The position numbers and the translations under genes were made by a program. A DNA stretch of 32,000 bases from Candidatus Thorarchaeota archaeon. Lineage in GTDB: Archaea; Asgardarchaeota; Thorarchaeia; Thorarchaeales; Thorarchaeaceae. Below the pieces are notes generated by a model. The model was given only the letters and a program-made list of their open reading frames with translations. It did no database searches and was not told where the DNA came from. Where the stretch lies: positions 11,519-43,518 of the forward strand of contig PRDJ01000063.1 of assembly GCA_003345555.1 (NCBI GenBank). Direction: 5' to 3'. Of the stretch, positions 7,514-14,948 are shown one piece after another (within the stretch, counting starts at the first letter, position 1; the number at the start of each line of letters is the position of its first letter).

Positions 7514-8656
7514 TTGTCGATGACACAATCTTCTGAGGAGCGATGGTTGAGCACGACTCCGGACCGGATTTCATATCTCAGGGCTGATTCCACAGGATGG
7601 TTGCTCGAGCAGGACAACGCATCTGTTCGTTACTTCGCTCTAAGAGACCTTCTTGAATGTCCCCCCAAAGACCCAGAAGTCCTTGATGCCAAACTCAGAA
7701 TTGGAGCATCCGAGCAAGTCACGAAGATATTCCTGAAGCAGAAACCGGACGGTCACTGGGAAAGGCCCGAAGAGCCGTATCAGCCCAAGTACAAGGCATC
7801 CTACTGGCAAGTTATGCTTCTGGGCATGCTGGGTCTTGACAAATCGGATGAGCGAGTCAGGAGTGCTATCAATCACATCTTTTCGTTTCAGCATGAAGAA
7901 GGTGGTTTTGCTCAGTACGGAGCGGAAGGAGCTCGTGCGGAATACGACTACGTCTCTCATAGGGCATCACGATATGGAAAGACTATTCTTTCATTCAGGC
8001 CTTGGGCCGAGAAGGAACTCCATGACTCCCAGATGTCTTGCCTCACGGGGAATGTCTCTCTTGCTTTGATTCGGCTAGGGTATTCCAGAGATGCCCGACT
8101 GCGCAAAGCATTGAATTGGCTGGTGAAGGTACAGAACCTCGACGGCGGCTGGTTGTGTCCGTACTGGGGGGCCCACATACATGACAAGCATGGCTGTTTC
8201 ATGGGCACCATCACTCCTCTTCATGCATTCGCTGAGTATCCCAAGAAGTACAGGACACCGGGTATGCAGAAGGCCATCGAAACCGGTGTCGAATTCCTTC
8301 TAATGCACAGGCTGTTCAAGGCGGACAATCATGGCTTCAAGGTGATCAAACCGTCTTGGCTCACCCTCAGTTTTCCGCAGTTCTTCTATGACATATTGCG
8401 TGCCCTTCTGGTGGTGACTAGCCTGGGATACGCTGCTGACGAGCGAATAGATGACGCACTGAAAGAGATCCTTCACAGGCAGAATGAGAAAGGCAGATGG
8501 GCTGTCGAAGCTACCTTGGCCGGCAGACTGCAAACTACCTTGGAGAAGCAAGGCCGACCGAGCAAGTGGATTACCCTAGATGCTCTGAGAGTGATTAAGA
8601 ACGTTGTCAAAGAGAGAGGTCAGTTGAACACCGGCGGAGGCGGTTCCGAACCGTGA
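7514..8656 (+). CDS. Prenyltransferase/squalene-cyclase-repeat (alpha/alpha barrel) protein
   Basis: Four QW-like repeats (QKPDGHW, QHEEGGF, QNLDGGW, QNEKGRW) and family motifs WLLE.DN.SVRY..LRDLL and LSFP.F..YDILRAL. ATG 7520 is an alternative start. Confidence 0.8.
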   Translation: MSMTQSSEERWLSTTPDRISYLRADSTGWLLEQDNASVRYFALRDLLECPPKDPEVLDAKLRIGASEQVTKIFLKQKPDGHWERPEEPYQPKYKASYWQVMLLGMLGLDKSDERVRSAINHIFSFQHEEGGFAQYGAEGARAEYDYVSHRASRYGKTILSFRPWAEKELHDSQMSCLTGNVSLALIRLGYSRDARLRKALNWLVKVQNLDGGWLCPYWGAHIHDKHGCFMGTITPLHAFAEYPKKYRTPGMQKAIETGVEFLLMHRLFKADNHGFKVIKPSWLTLSFPQFFYDILRALLVVTSLGYAADERIDDALKEILHRQNEKGRWAVEATLAGRLQTTLEKQGRPSKWITLDALRVIKNVVKERGQLNTGGGGSEP

Positions 8657-8700
8657 CTTGTCAAAAACCCAAGGCGATGTTGAACGCCTGCTTGACCAAG

Positions 8701-8778
8701 TGGCGGGCACGGTCGGATTTGAACCGACGACATCCAACTCCGAAGGCTGGTGCCTTGTCCAAGCTAGACTACGTGCCC
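8701..8778 (-). tRNA. tRNA-Arg(UCG), no intron, CCA encoded
   Basis: GGGCACG/CGTGCCC acceptor, CCAGC/GTTGG stem, CT-TCG-GA loop, GTCGG-TTCAAAT-CCGAC T arm; 78 nt. Confidence 0.97.
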
Positions 8779-8850
8779 CTTGATGGCCCATGAAAACCGG
8801 CGCCTTAAGGACTTTTACTCCCGAACCTCTGAAGAGGCAGAGGTCGTCTC

Positions 8851-9084
8851 TCATTTCCTTGATCTCTTCCCCCAGATTCCTAAGAAATTATCGAGGGACC
8901 GATCGTAGGTCTTCTCGGCCTCGGGCGGGAAGAGACACCCGGGAAGTTCGTGATTCTTCCAGTGATACTGGAGGCAATCACAACAGTAGCCCTTTCTAGG
9001 GCAGCCTGCGTACGTACAAGCACAGCGTTGCCTATTCCTTTCCGAATTACAGACTCTGTCCGTCATTCTCGTCTTGTCTGCCAC
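8851..9084 (-). CDS. Small Cys-rich DUF6485-like protein
   Basis: CACTYAGCPRKGYCCDCLQYHWKNHELPGCLFPPEAEKTYDRS matches the family pattern as I recall it. Confidence 0.8.
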   Translation of the reverse strand: MADKTRMTDRVCNSERNRQRCACTYAGCPRKGYCCDCLQYHWKNHELPGCLFPPEAEKTYDRSLDNFLGIWGKRSRK

Positions 9085-9144
9085 TTGCCTTAACGATTAA
9101 ACCTGTTTGGTCTGGGCGATACGCTAATAGACCAGAGGGCGTGA

Positions 9145-9942
9145 TTGTCTGGCACAATGGTCATCTTGAAGGGTCTGGGCAGTGACTTGACAGGGGTTGA
9201 TGGCACCAAGCTTGATCCATCCCGTCTTACAACACTTGAGGATATCTTGAAACAGGCGTTCGGTGCCAGTACCAAAGCAACAGTCGTACGAAGATTCGAG
9301 AGCAAGAAGAACGTCGTTCTTCAACTCAGGATTGAGGGCAAGAGAAAGGCTGCTCAAACCAACATGGTTGCGAAGCTGTTTGTAACTGACCGTTTTGAGA
9401 TAGAGCTGCAATTGCTCAATGCATGTCATGAGCGTGGGCCCGATGTACCAGAGGTTCTTGCTGGCAAAGAAGGCGTGATATTAATGTCATTCATATCTGG
9501 GGAGCTTCTAGTTGAAGCAATCAACCGGACCTTCGACTCCGGATTGATTGACACACTTGTTGCATGGTACTACGAATATCACACCCTACACAAGCTCACC
9601 AAAGGCGATCCTAAGCTGAAGAACTTCATCTACAATGATGGTGTGATTTTCGGTATAGACTTCGAAGAATCCCGACCCGGAGACTGGATGTTAGATATCG
9701 GGGGTATTGCCGCCAGTCTGCTCGATACAACACCTGTTTTTGACAAGCGGAAGAGAATCTTAGCTTGGCATCTACTGGAGCAATACTTGAGGCTTAGGAA
9801 CGAGACCCGCAACCATGACATTGATCATACATTCCTTCAAACAGTATCAAGTGCGCTGAAAGAAACTGCTCACTGGCGCAAAGACAACAGCCTTCTTTTG
9901 CTCGCCGAGAGCGTCTCTCGCTTCGGAATTCCTATCGAGTGA
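9145..9942 (+). CDS. Atypical protein-kinase-like fold phosphotransferase (RIO/Bud32/APH-like)
   Basis: Beta3 Lys (MVAKLF), alphaC Glu (FEIELQLL), catalytic loop GDPKLKNF and metal-binding IDFEE. Confidence 0.8.
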   Translation: MSGTMVILKGLGSDLTGVDGTKLDPSRLTTLEDILKQAFGASTKATVVRRFESKKNVVLQLRIEGKRKAAQTNMVAKLFVTDRFEIELQLLNACHERGPDVPEVLAGKEGVILMSFISGELLVEAINRTFDSGLIDTLVAWYYEYHTLHKLTKGDPKLKNFIYNDGVIFGIDFEESRPGDWMLDIGGIAASLLDTTPVFDKRKRILAWHLLEQYLRLRNETRNHDIDHTFLQTVSSALKETAHWRKDNSLLLLAESVSRFGIPIE

Positions 9943-10001
9943 GATATTGCCATTCCAAGGTCTTTGGCTGCCTTTCCCTAATCTTCATATTACCATCTCC
10001 G

Positions 10002-10031
10002 TACTGATATGTTCACTCGAACATATCAGTA
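10002..10031. promoter_or_regulatory. Perfect 13-bp palindrome with 4-nt spacer, candidate operator/hairpin upstream of the ECF operon
   Basis: TACTGATATGTTC-actc-GAACATATCAGTA ends 22 nt before ATG 10054, with no U-tract on either side. The sequence is certain; the function is inferred. Confidence 0.6.
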
Positions 10032-10053
10032 GGCTCACATGGAGACTCCTTGA

Positions 10054-11601
10054 ATGAATCGTGGAGCAGCTGTACTTGTGCTCTCGTTGGTACTAGTGGC
10101 CGCAGGCCTCGCAGTGGGTCTGTTTGTCTTTCAACCCATAAGAGAATCTCCAGCAATCTCGGTCCAAGGGGGATACCTAGTTGGTACGTCAAGTGATACT
10201 GCATTGGTTCGGGCTATGAGCCTAAGTCTAGACATCACGCTGCTTTGGGAATCTCAGTCAGGAGTCGGCTTGTTCAGAATCAATGTGACCAACATAGATA
10301 CCGAGAGAATGATTGCAGAATCGGATGCACAGGTCACCGTTGTTGCAGTCGGGTATAGCTCCAAGACTTTCGAAGTACGTACGACCGCACTGAAGGCCGA
10401 GCTCAGTCTACGGCATACGTCCTCAGATTCCATTCGATTCTATGTCTTCGGCGATTCACAAGGCTATCAAGGCGGAATGCAGCAAATCGTATTATCTGCG
10501 AACGAGAACAGACCAGACTTTCTGTTCCACTGCGGAGACCTTACGCCCTTCGGTCAGGAGAACCAGTACGTTAGTTTCACGCAGGCTCTTCATAATCTGA
10601 CAATACCTTTGTTCGCTACCACTGGAAATCACGACGTACGCAAGGGGGGCGACTTGCGATACCTTCAACACTTTGGTCCTTCCAGTTATTCGTTTGATTT
10701 TGGCGCTGCACACTTTACAGTTCTCGATACTTCCAGTGGCAATGTTTCGGAGGCGGCCTATAGTTGGCTAGCTAACGATATCATCGGATCTTCTGCAGAA
10801 TGGAAGATTGTATTCACTCACATTCCCCCGTTTGATCCACGCCCCGGAGGAAACCATACGTTAGGTAATACCACTACAGCCGAACGGTTGATGAATCTGT
10901 TCAAGACTTCGGGTGTAAACATAGTGTTTGCCGGCCACATTCATGTATTCAATGAAACCATCTTCGGTGGTGTGCATTATGTAATCACAGGGGGCGCCGG
11001 CGCGACCGTATCTCCGAGTTCACAAGGAGGAACGTACCACTATGTCAACGTCACATTACAAGGGTCAAATCTCCTGATGAATGTCATACCGTTGAGTCCT
11101 CCAATTCTGGCCGTTGGCACAATTACAATTCGAGGGGTTTTAGATAGTATGACGGTCTCGCTTGAGGATTTGGGAACACTCACAACTATCGTGGGTTCAT
11201 CGTCATTCCAGAATCAGTATGGCAACTGGGGCGGACTAGGCGAATACAGAGGAGTCCGAGTATCAGACTTGGTCGACATGGTTGGTGGAATGACAACGAA
11301 TGAATTACTGTCCGTGTCAGCGTTCGATGGTTACCAACGACTGTACTCCTACTGGAATGTCTATCCCAATGATTCTTGGCATTCACTGCAGGGCGACATG
11401 ATACTCGCATATGAGTTCAACGAGACATTGGGCCCAACTTGGCAAGACGGTCCGAGGATCGCAATGCTCGCACCCGACGGCGCTTACAGCAACGATGACT
11501 GTTTGGCTACTTCGGCTCCGGGGCTAGGCTTCTACTATTACCCGTCTGCGGGCGCGCTCTGGGTTAGGTGCGTAGTACTTATTGAGGTGAATCACGAGTG
11601 A
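10054..11601 (+). CDS. Secreted/membrane-anchored calcineurin-like metallophosphoesterase with C-terminal molybdopterin-oxidoreductase-like domain
   Basis: N-terminal signal anchor; MPE motifs GDSQ, HCGDLT, TGNHD, FTHIPP and AGHIH; C-terminal domain (~11116..11601) with Y.GV...L, SAFDGY, MILAYE.N, GPRI and WVR.V..IEV. Confidence 0.85.
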   Translation: MNRGAAVLVLSLVLVAAGLAVGLFVFQPIRESPAISVQGGYLVGTSSDTALVRAMSLSLDITLLWESQSGVGLFRINVTNIDTERMIAESDAQVTVVAVGYSSKTFEVRTTALKAELSLRHTSSDSIRFYVFGDSQGYQGGMQQIVLSANENRPDFLFHCGDLTPFGQENQYVSFTQALHNLTIPLFATTGNHDVRKGGDLRYLQHFGPSSYSFDFGAAHFTVLDTSSGNVSEAAYSWLANDIIGSSAEWKIVFTHIPPFDPRPGGNHTLGNTTTAERLMNLFKTSGVNIVFAGHIHVFNETIFGGVHYVITGGAGATVSPSSQGGTYHYVNVTLQGSNLLMNVIPLSPPILAVGTITIRGVLDSMTVSLEDLGTLTTIVGSSSFQNQYGNWGGLGEYRGVRVSDLVDMVGGMTTNELLSVSAFDGYQRLYSYWNVYPNDSWHSLQGDMILAYEFNETLGPTWQDGPRIAMLAPDGAYSNDDCLATSAPGLGFYYYPSAGALWVRCVVLIEVNHE

Positions 11602-12662
11602 GTCTTGACCGTTCAACGGCACAAATGACCCGTGAAATCGTAACGGTCGCTGTTCTGGCCTCCCTCGGTGGCGCTCTAAGCACCTTTGTAGGCTATCTAG
11701 GTAATCTCATAAATGCCGGCCTGGGTGTGCCATTTGGAGCAGGCCAGTTCATGGCTGGTCTCCATGTCTTCTGGATTGTGCTGATCAGACTATTGGTGCC
11801 GAAGAGGGGGGTCGGAACCGCAGGAGGTCTTCTGAAGGGCTTCGTTGAGTTCCTGACAGGCAGCACACACGGAATTGTCGTTGTGTTGGTATCCGTCATT
11901 CAGGGCGCTATTGTGGATCTGGGTGCTACCTTGGGGGGAAGACCATCCCCCGCAGGACCCGGGGCGAAGCTCGTGTGGTGGCTTTCAGCCGGTGTCTCTT
12001 CTGCTTCCAACGTGTTAGCGCTCCAATTCCTCTACTTCTCAGGCGCACCTGCAATCTACCTCTTCCTAATCGCAGTCCTCGCTTTCTGCTCTGGAATCAT
12101 CTTTGGCGGCTATTTCGCATGGGAAACAATGCAGTTCCTATATGACGCAAGAGTCATAGTTCCCGTCTCTGAAGCGGCGGTGCCAGTTCTCTCATCTAAG
12201 CGGAGGATAAGGATTCGAAATCTCCCGGCCATAGTACTGATTCTTTTCCTAATTGTCGGCTCATCCTTCTATCTTGCGTTTGTGATGAAGGCTTTGTCAG
12301 ACCCGTACTCTTGCGAAGTTACGGGGCTCGTCACAAATCCGTATACTTTCACATACTCAGCATTTGCTGGTGAGCAGGTTACAATTGTGGCCGAACTCAA
12401 GGGCGCGTATATCTCTCTCCCTCCCGCGAATTACACTGGGGTTCTTCTGAGTGTAATTCTGGCGAATGCAAGTCCGCAGTCAGGAGCTTCCATGTTGAGC
12501 GTGAGCGCACGGGATGGCTACGTTGTAGATTTCGGCCTGGATGGCGTTCTCGCTGATGGCCATTTACTGCTGACAAGAGCTGACGATGGTCTCTGGCTTA
12601 TTGCCGGAAACTATGCCGGTTCGATGTGGGTAAAACAGGTCACTACTCTCAGAGTGTACTAG
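11598..12662 (+). CDS. ECF transporter S component (YkoE/ABC_cobalt-like) fused to an extra TM and a molybdopterin-oxidoreductase-like domain
   Basis: Six hydrophobic helices with GQFMAGLH.FW, K.G.G...GL..G.VE...G and SVIQGAIVDLG; then a seventh TM and a soluble domain with YTGVLL, SARDGY...F.L and WVKQV..LRV. Confidence 0.82.
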   Translation: MSLDRSTAQMTREIVTVAVLASLGGALSTFVGYLGNLINAGLGVPFGAGQFMAGLHVFWIVLIRLLVPKRGVGTAGGLLKGFVEFLTGSTHGIVVVLVSVIQGAIVDLGATLGGRPSPAGPGAKLVWWLSAGVSSASNVLALQFLYFSGAPAIYLFLIAVLAFCSGIIFGGYFAWETMQFLYDARVIVPVSEAAVPVLSSKRRIRIRNLPAIVLILFLIVGSSFYLAFVMKALSDPYSCEVTGLVTNPYTFTYSAFAGEQVTIVAELKGAYISLPPANYTGVLLSVILANASPQSGASMLSVSARDGYVVDFGLDGVLADGHLLLTRADDGLWLIAGNYAGSMWVKQVTTLRVY

Positions 12663-12674
12663 GCGAGAACCACT

Positions 12675-14129
12675 ATGCTTGAAGCGCGTCACGTCACTTT
12701 CTCCTATGATGGAATACAACCTGTACTTCGTTCCATAGACCTGACGCTTCAACGAGGGGAGACTCTACTAATCACGGGCCCAACCGGTTCGGGAAAGTCG
12801 ACTCTGGCCAAGTTCCTCTGTGGATTCATACCACGAATCGTCCGTGGCGAATGTTCCGGTGTACTGTCCATCGACGGTGACGACGCCGATTCTCTTACAC
12901 TAACCGAAATTGCGCGGAAAGTATCTCTCGTACAGCAGGATCCCGAGAGCCAGATTTGTACCCTTACGGTAAGTGACGAGGTAGCATTCGGACCAGAGAA
13001 CTACCTGATTAAACCCGAAGTTATGACCCGCCTAGTTGACTCGTCGTTGGCATCTATCGGATCATCTCATCTTGCTGGTCGTTTGACTTATGCATTGTCC
13101 GGTGGAGAGAAACAGCGGGTTGTGATAGCTTCAATGCTTGCGTGCCAACCTGACTATCTGATTCTAGATGAACCCTCGTCGAGTCTAGATCAGAAAGGCA
13201 TTCTCCAGCTCGGACAGATATTGAGTGAGCTGAAGAAAAAGAACTTGGGTGTCATATGCATTGAACATCATCTTGAGCCATTCCTGCCGTCGGCAGACCG
13301 TGTTCTATCATTATCTGAGGGCAGACTGTTTCCTTGGGCCCAAGACGTTGGCCGGAGGGGCGGCCCATTCCAAAATCATTCTGTTCTGCCAATCGAGACC
13401 GATGCCCTCGCTTCAATGAAGAATGTCAGTTTTGCCTATGCAGACAGGCCTGTGATTCGGAGAGTCACAATGGCAATTCATCGTGGAGAGGTCATTGCAC
13501 TGATGGGAGACAACGGCTCCGGGAAGACGACACTTCTTTGTTTGTTGGACGGACTGCTCAATCCCTTGGAGGGCGAGATCTGCTTGGGCGCTAATTCGGT
13601 CAAGAGGCTGTCAAAGAAAGACATAGCAAAGAAAGTCGCAATGGTATTTCAGAATCCGAACAATCAGATATTCGAGCGGACTGTCTCAAGGGAGCAACTT
13701 CTTACTTTGGACGTTCTGGGACTCAAAGAGAGTCGTTTGACCGAAAACAGCGGCGCGCGTCTCGATGAGGCTGGTCTTGCAGAATTCAAGGACAGAAACC
13801 CGTTCGCGTTAAGTCACGGTCAGAAACGTCGGCTCAATGTGTGCTCAGCTGTTGTTCATGATCCCGACTTGTACCTGTTTGATGAGCCCTTCATTGGGCA
13901 GGATGAGCGTGGCCAAAGATTCATCACAAATACGATAGCCGAAAGGGCCCGAACAGGCGGGGCCTGCGTCGTGGCAACTCACGATCTCCCCTTTGCGGCA
14001 GAGTATTGCAGCCGACTAGTTTTCCTAGAAAATGGCTCGTTGCTTTTCGATGGCCGCCCCGAATCAGTCTTTCACAGGCTCGAACAAACCGGGCGGCCGG
14101 AATACAGTCTTGGCAAGGTGGCGTCCTAA
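12675..14129 (+). CDS. ECF transporter duplicated ATPase (A-A' fusion)
   Basis: Two ABC cassettes: GPTGSGKST/LSGGEKQR/ILDEP and GDNGSGKTT/LSHGQKRR/LFDEP, with ECF-type Q-loops QDPESQ and QNPNNQ. Confidence 0.95.
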   Translation: MLEARHVTFSYDGIQPVLRSIDLTLQRGETLLITGPTGSGKSTLAKFLCGFIPRIVRGECSGVLSIDGDDADSLTLTEIARKVSLVQQDPESQICTLTVSDEVAFGPENYLIKPEVMTRLVDSSLASIGSSHLAGRLTYALSGGEKQRVVIASMLACQPDYLILDEPSSSLDQKGILQLGQILSELKKKNLGVICIEHHLEPFLPSADRVLSLSEGRLFPWAQDVGRRGGPFQNHSVLPIETDALASMKNVSFAYADRPVIRRVTMAIHRGEVIALMGDNGSGKTTLLCLLDGLLNPLEGEICLGANSVKRLSKKDIAKKVAMVFQNPNNQIFERTVSREQLLTLDVLGLKESRLTENSGARLDEAGLAEFKDRNPFALSHGQKRRLNVCSAVVHDPDLYLFDEPFIGQDERGQRFITNTIAERARTGGACVVATHDLPFAAEYCSRLVFLENGSLLFDGRPESVFHRLEQTGRPEYSLGKVAS

Positions 14130-14948
14130 TTGACTTCACGGACTGGATTCATAGATAGGAATACGATACTCCACCGTCTGAATCCCGCGATGAAGCTTTG
14201 CGCACTGGTATCCATAGCGGTTGCTACCATAGTCTATCCGAGTTGGCGACTAAGTGCAATTGTACTTCTGTCTATCTTGGTATGTTTCAGACTCTCACAC
14301 GTTCCCCTCCGGTTGACGAAAGGCCGGATGAAGTTCATTCTAACATTCGCGGCGCTGATGTTGTTGCTACAGATTATCGTAATAGAGAATGGCTCGATTC
14401 TCTTCTATCTGCTCCCTCAAATCGGCAGCTTGGGCCCCTTCTTTCCGGTGACCGATTTCGGCATCGAACGAGGCCTAGATATAGTGGTCAGGTTTCTCTT
14501 GATTATATTCTCCAGCATACTCTTTGTCTCGATCACTGACCCCACGCTGCTTGCCTATTCTCTGGTCCGGATTGGAATCCCCTACAGGTATGCTTTCTCA
14601 CTTGTATTAGCGCTCAGATTCCTGCCGCTATTTGATTCCGAGAACAATATCGTTCGCATGGCTCAGCAGTCCAGAGGTATTTCCCTTGAGGTCGGCAGCA
14701 TTCACAAGATACTCAGAAGCGTAAGGTACACATTCTTTCCTCTGCTCGTATCCGCCCTGTCGAGGGTTGACAGCCTTTCCCTTTCAATGACTGGTAGAGG
14801 ATTTGGCTATAGTGATAAGAGAACGTACCTGCGCATCACACATTGGTCTCCAAGCGACTGGGCGATTCTCGCCATCTCGGTCATCTTCACAATCTTCTGC
14901 TTCATACTGGCACTCGGTTTGCTTCCTCAGGTCTCTCGGTTCCTTTGA
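14130..14948 (+). CDS. ecfT: ECF transporter T component (EcfT/CbiQ family)
   Basis: LHRLNPAMK start, LALRFLP and AQQSRG motifs, second Arg motif SMTGRGFG. TTG start abuts the ATPase stop. Confidence 0.93.
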   Translation: MTSRTGFIDRNTILHRLNPAMKLCALVSIAVATIVYPSWRLSAIVLLSILVCFRLSHVPLRLTKGRMKFILTFAALMLLLQIIVIENGSILFYLLPQIGSLGPFFPVTDFGIERGLDIVVRFLLIIFSSILFVSITDPTLLAYSLVRIGIPYRYAFSLVLALRFLPLFDSENNIVRMAQQSRGISLEVGSIHKILRSVRYTFFPLLVSALSRVDSLSLSMTGRGFGYSDKRTYLRITHWSPSDWAILAISVIFTIFCFILALGLLPQVSRFL

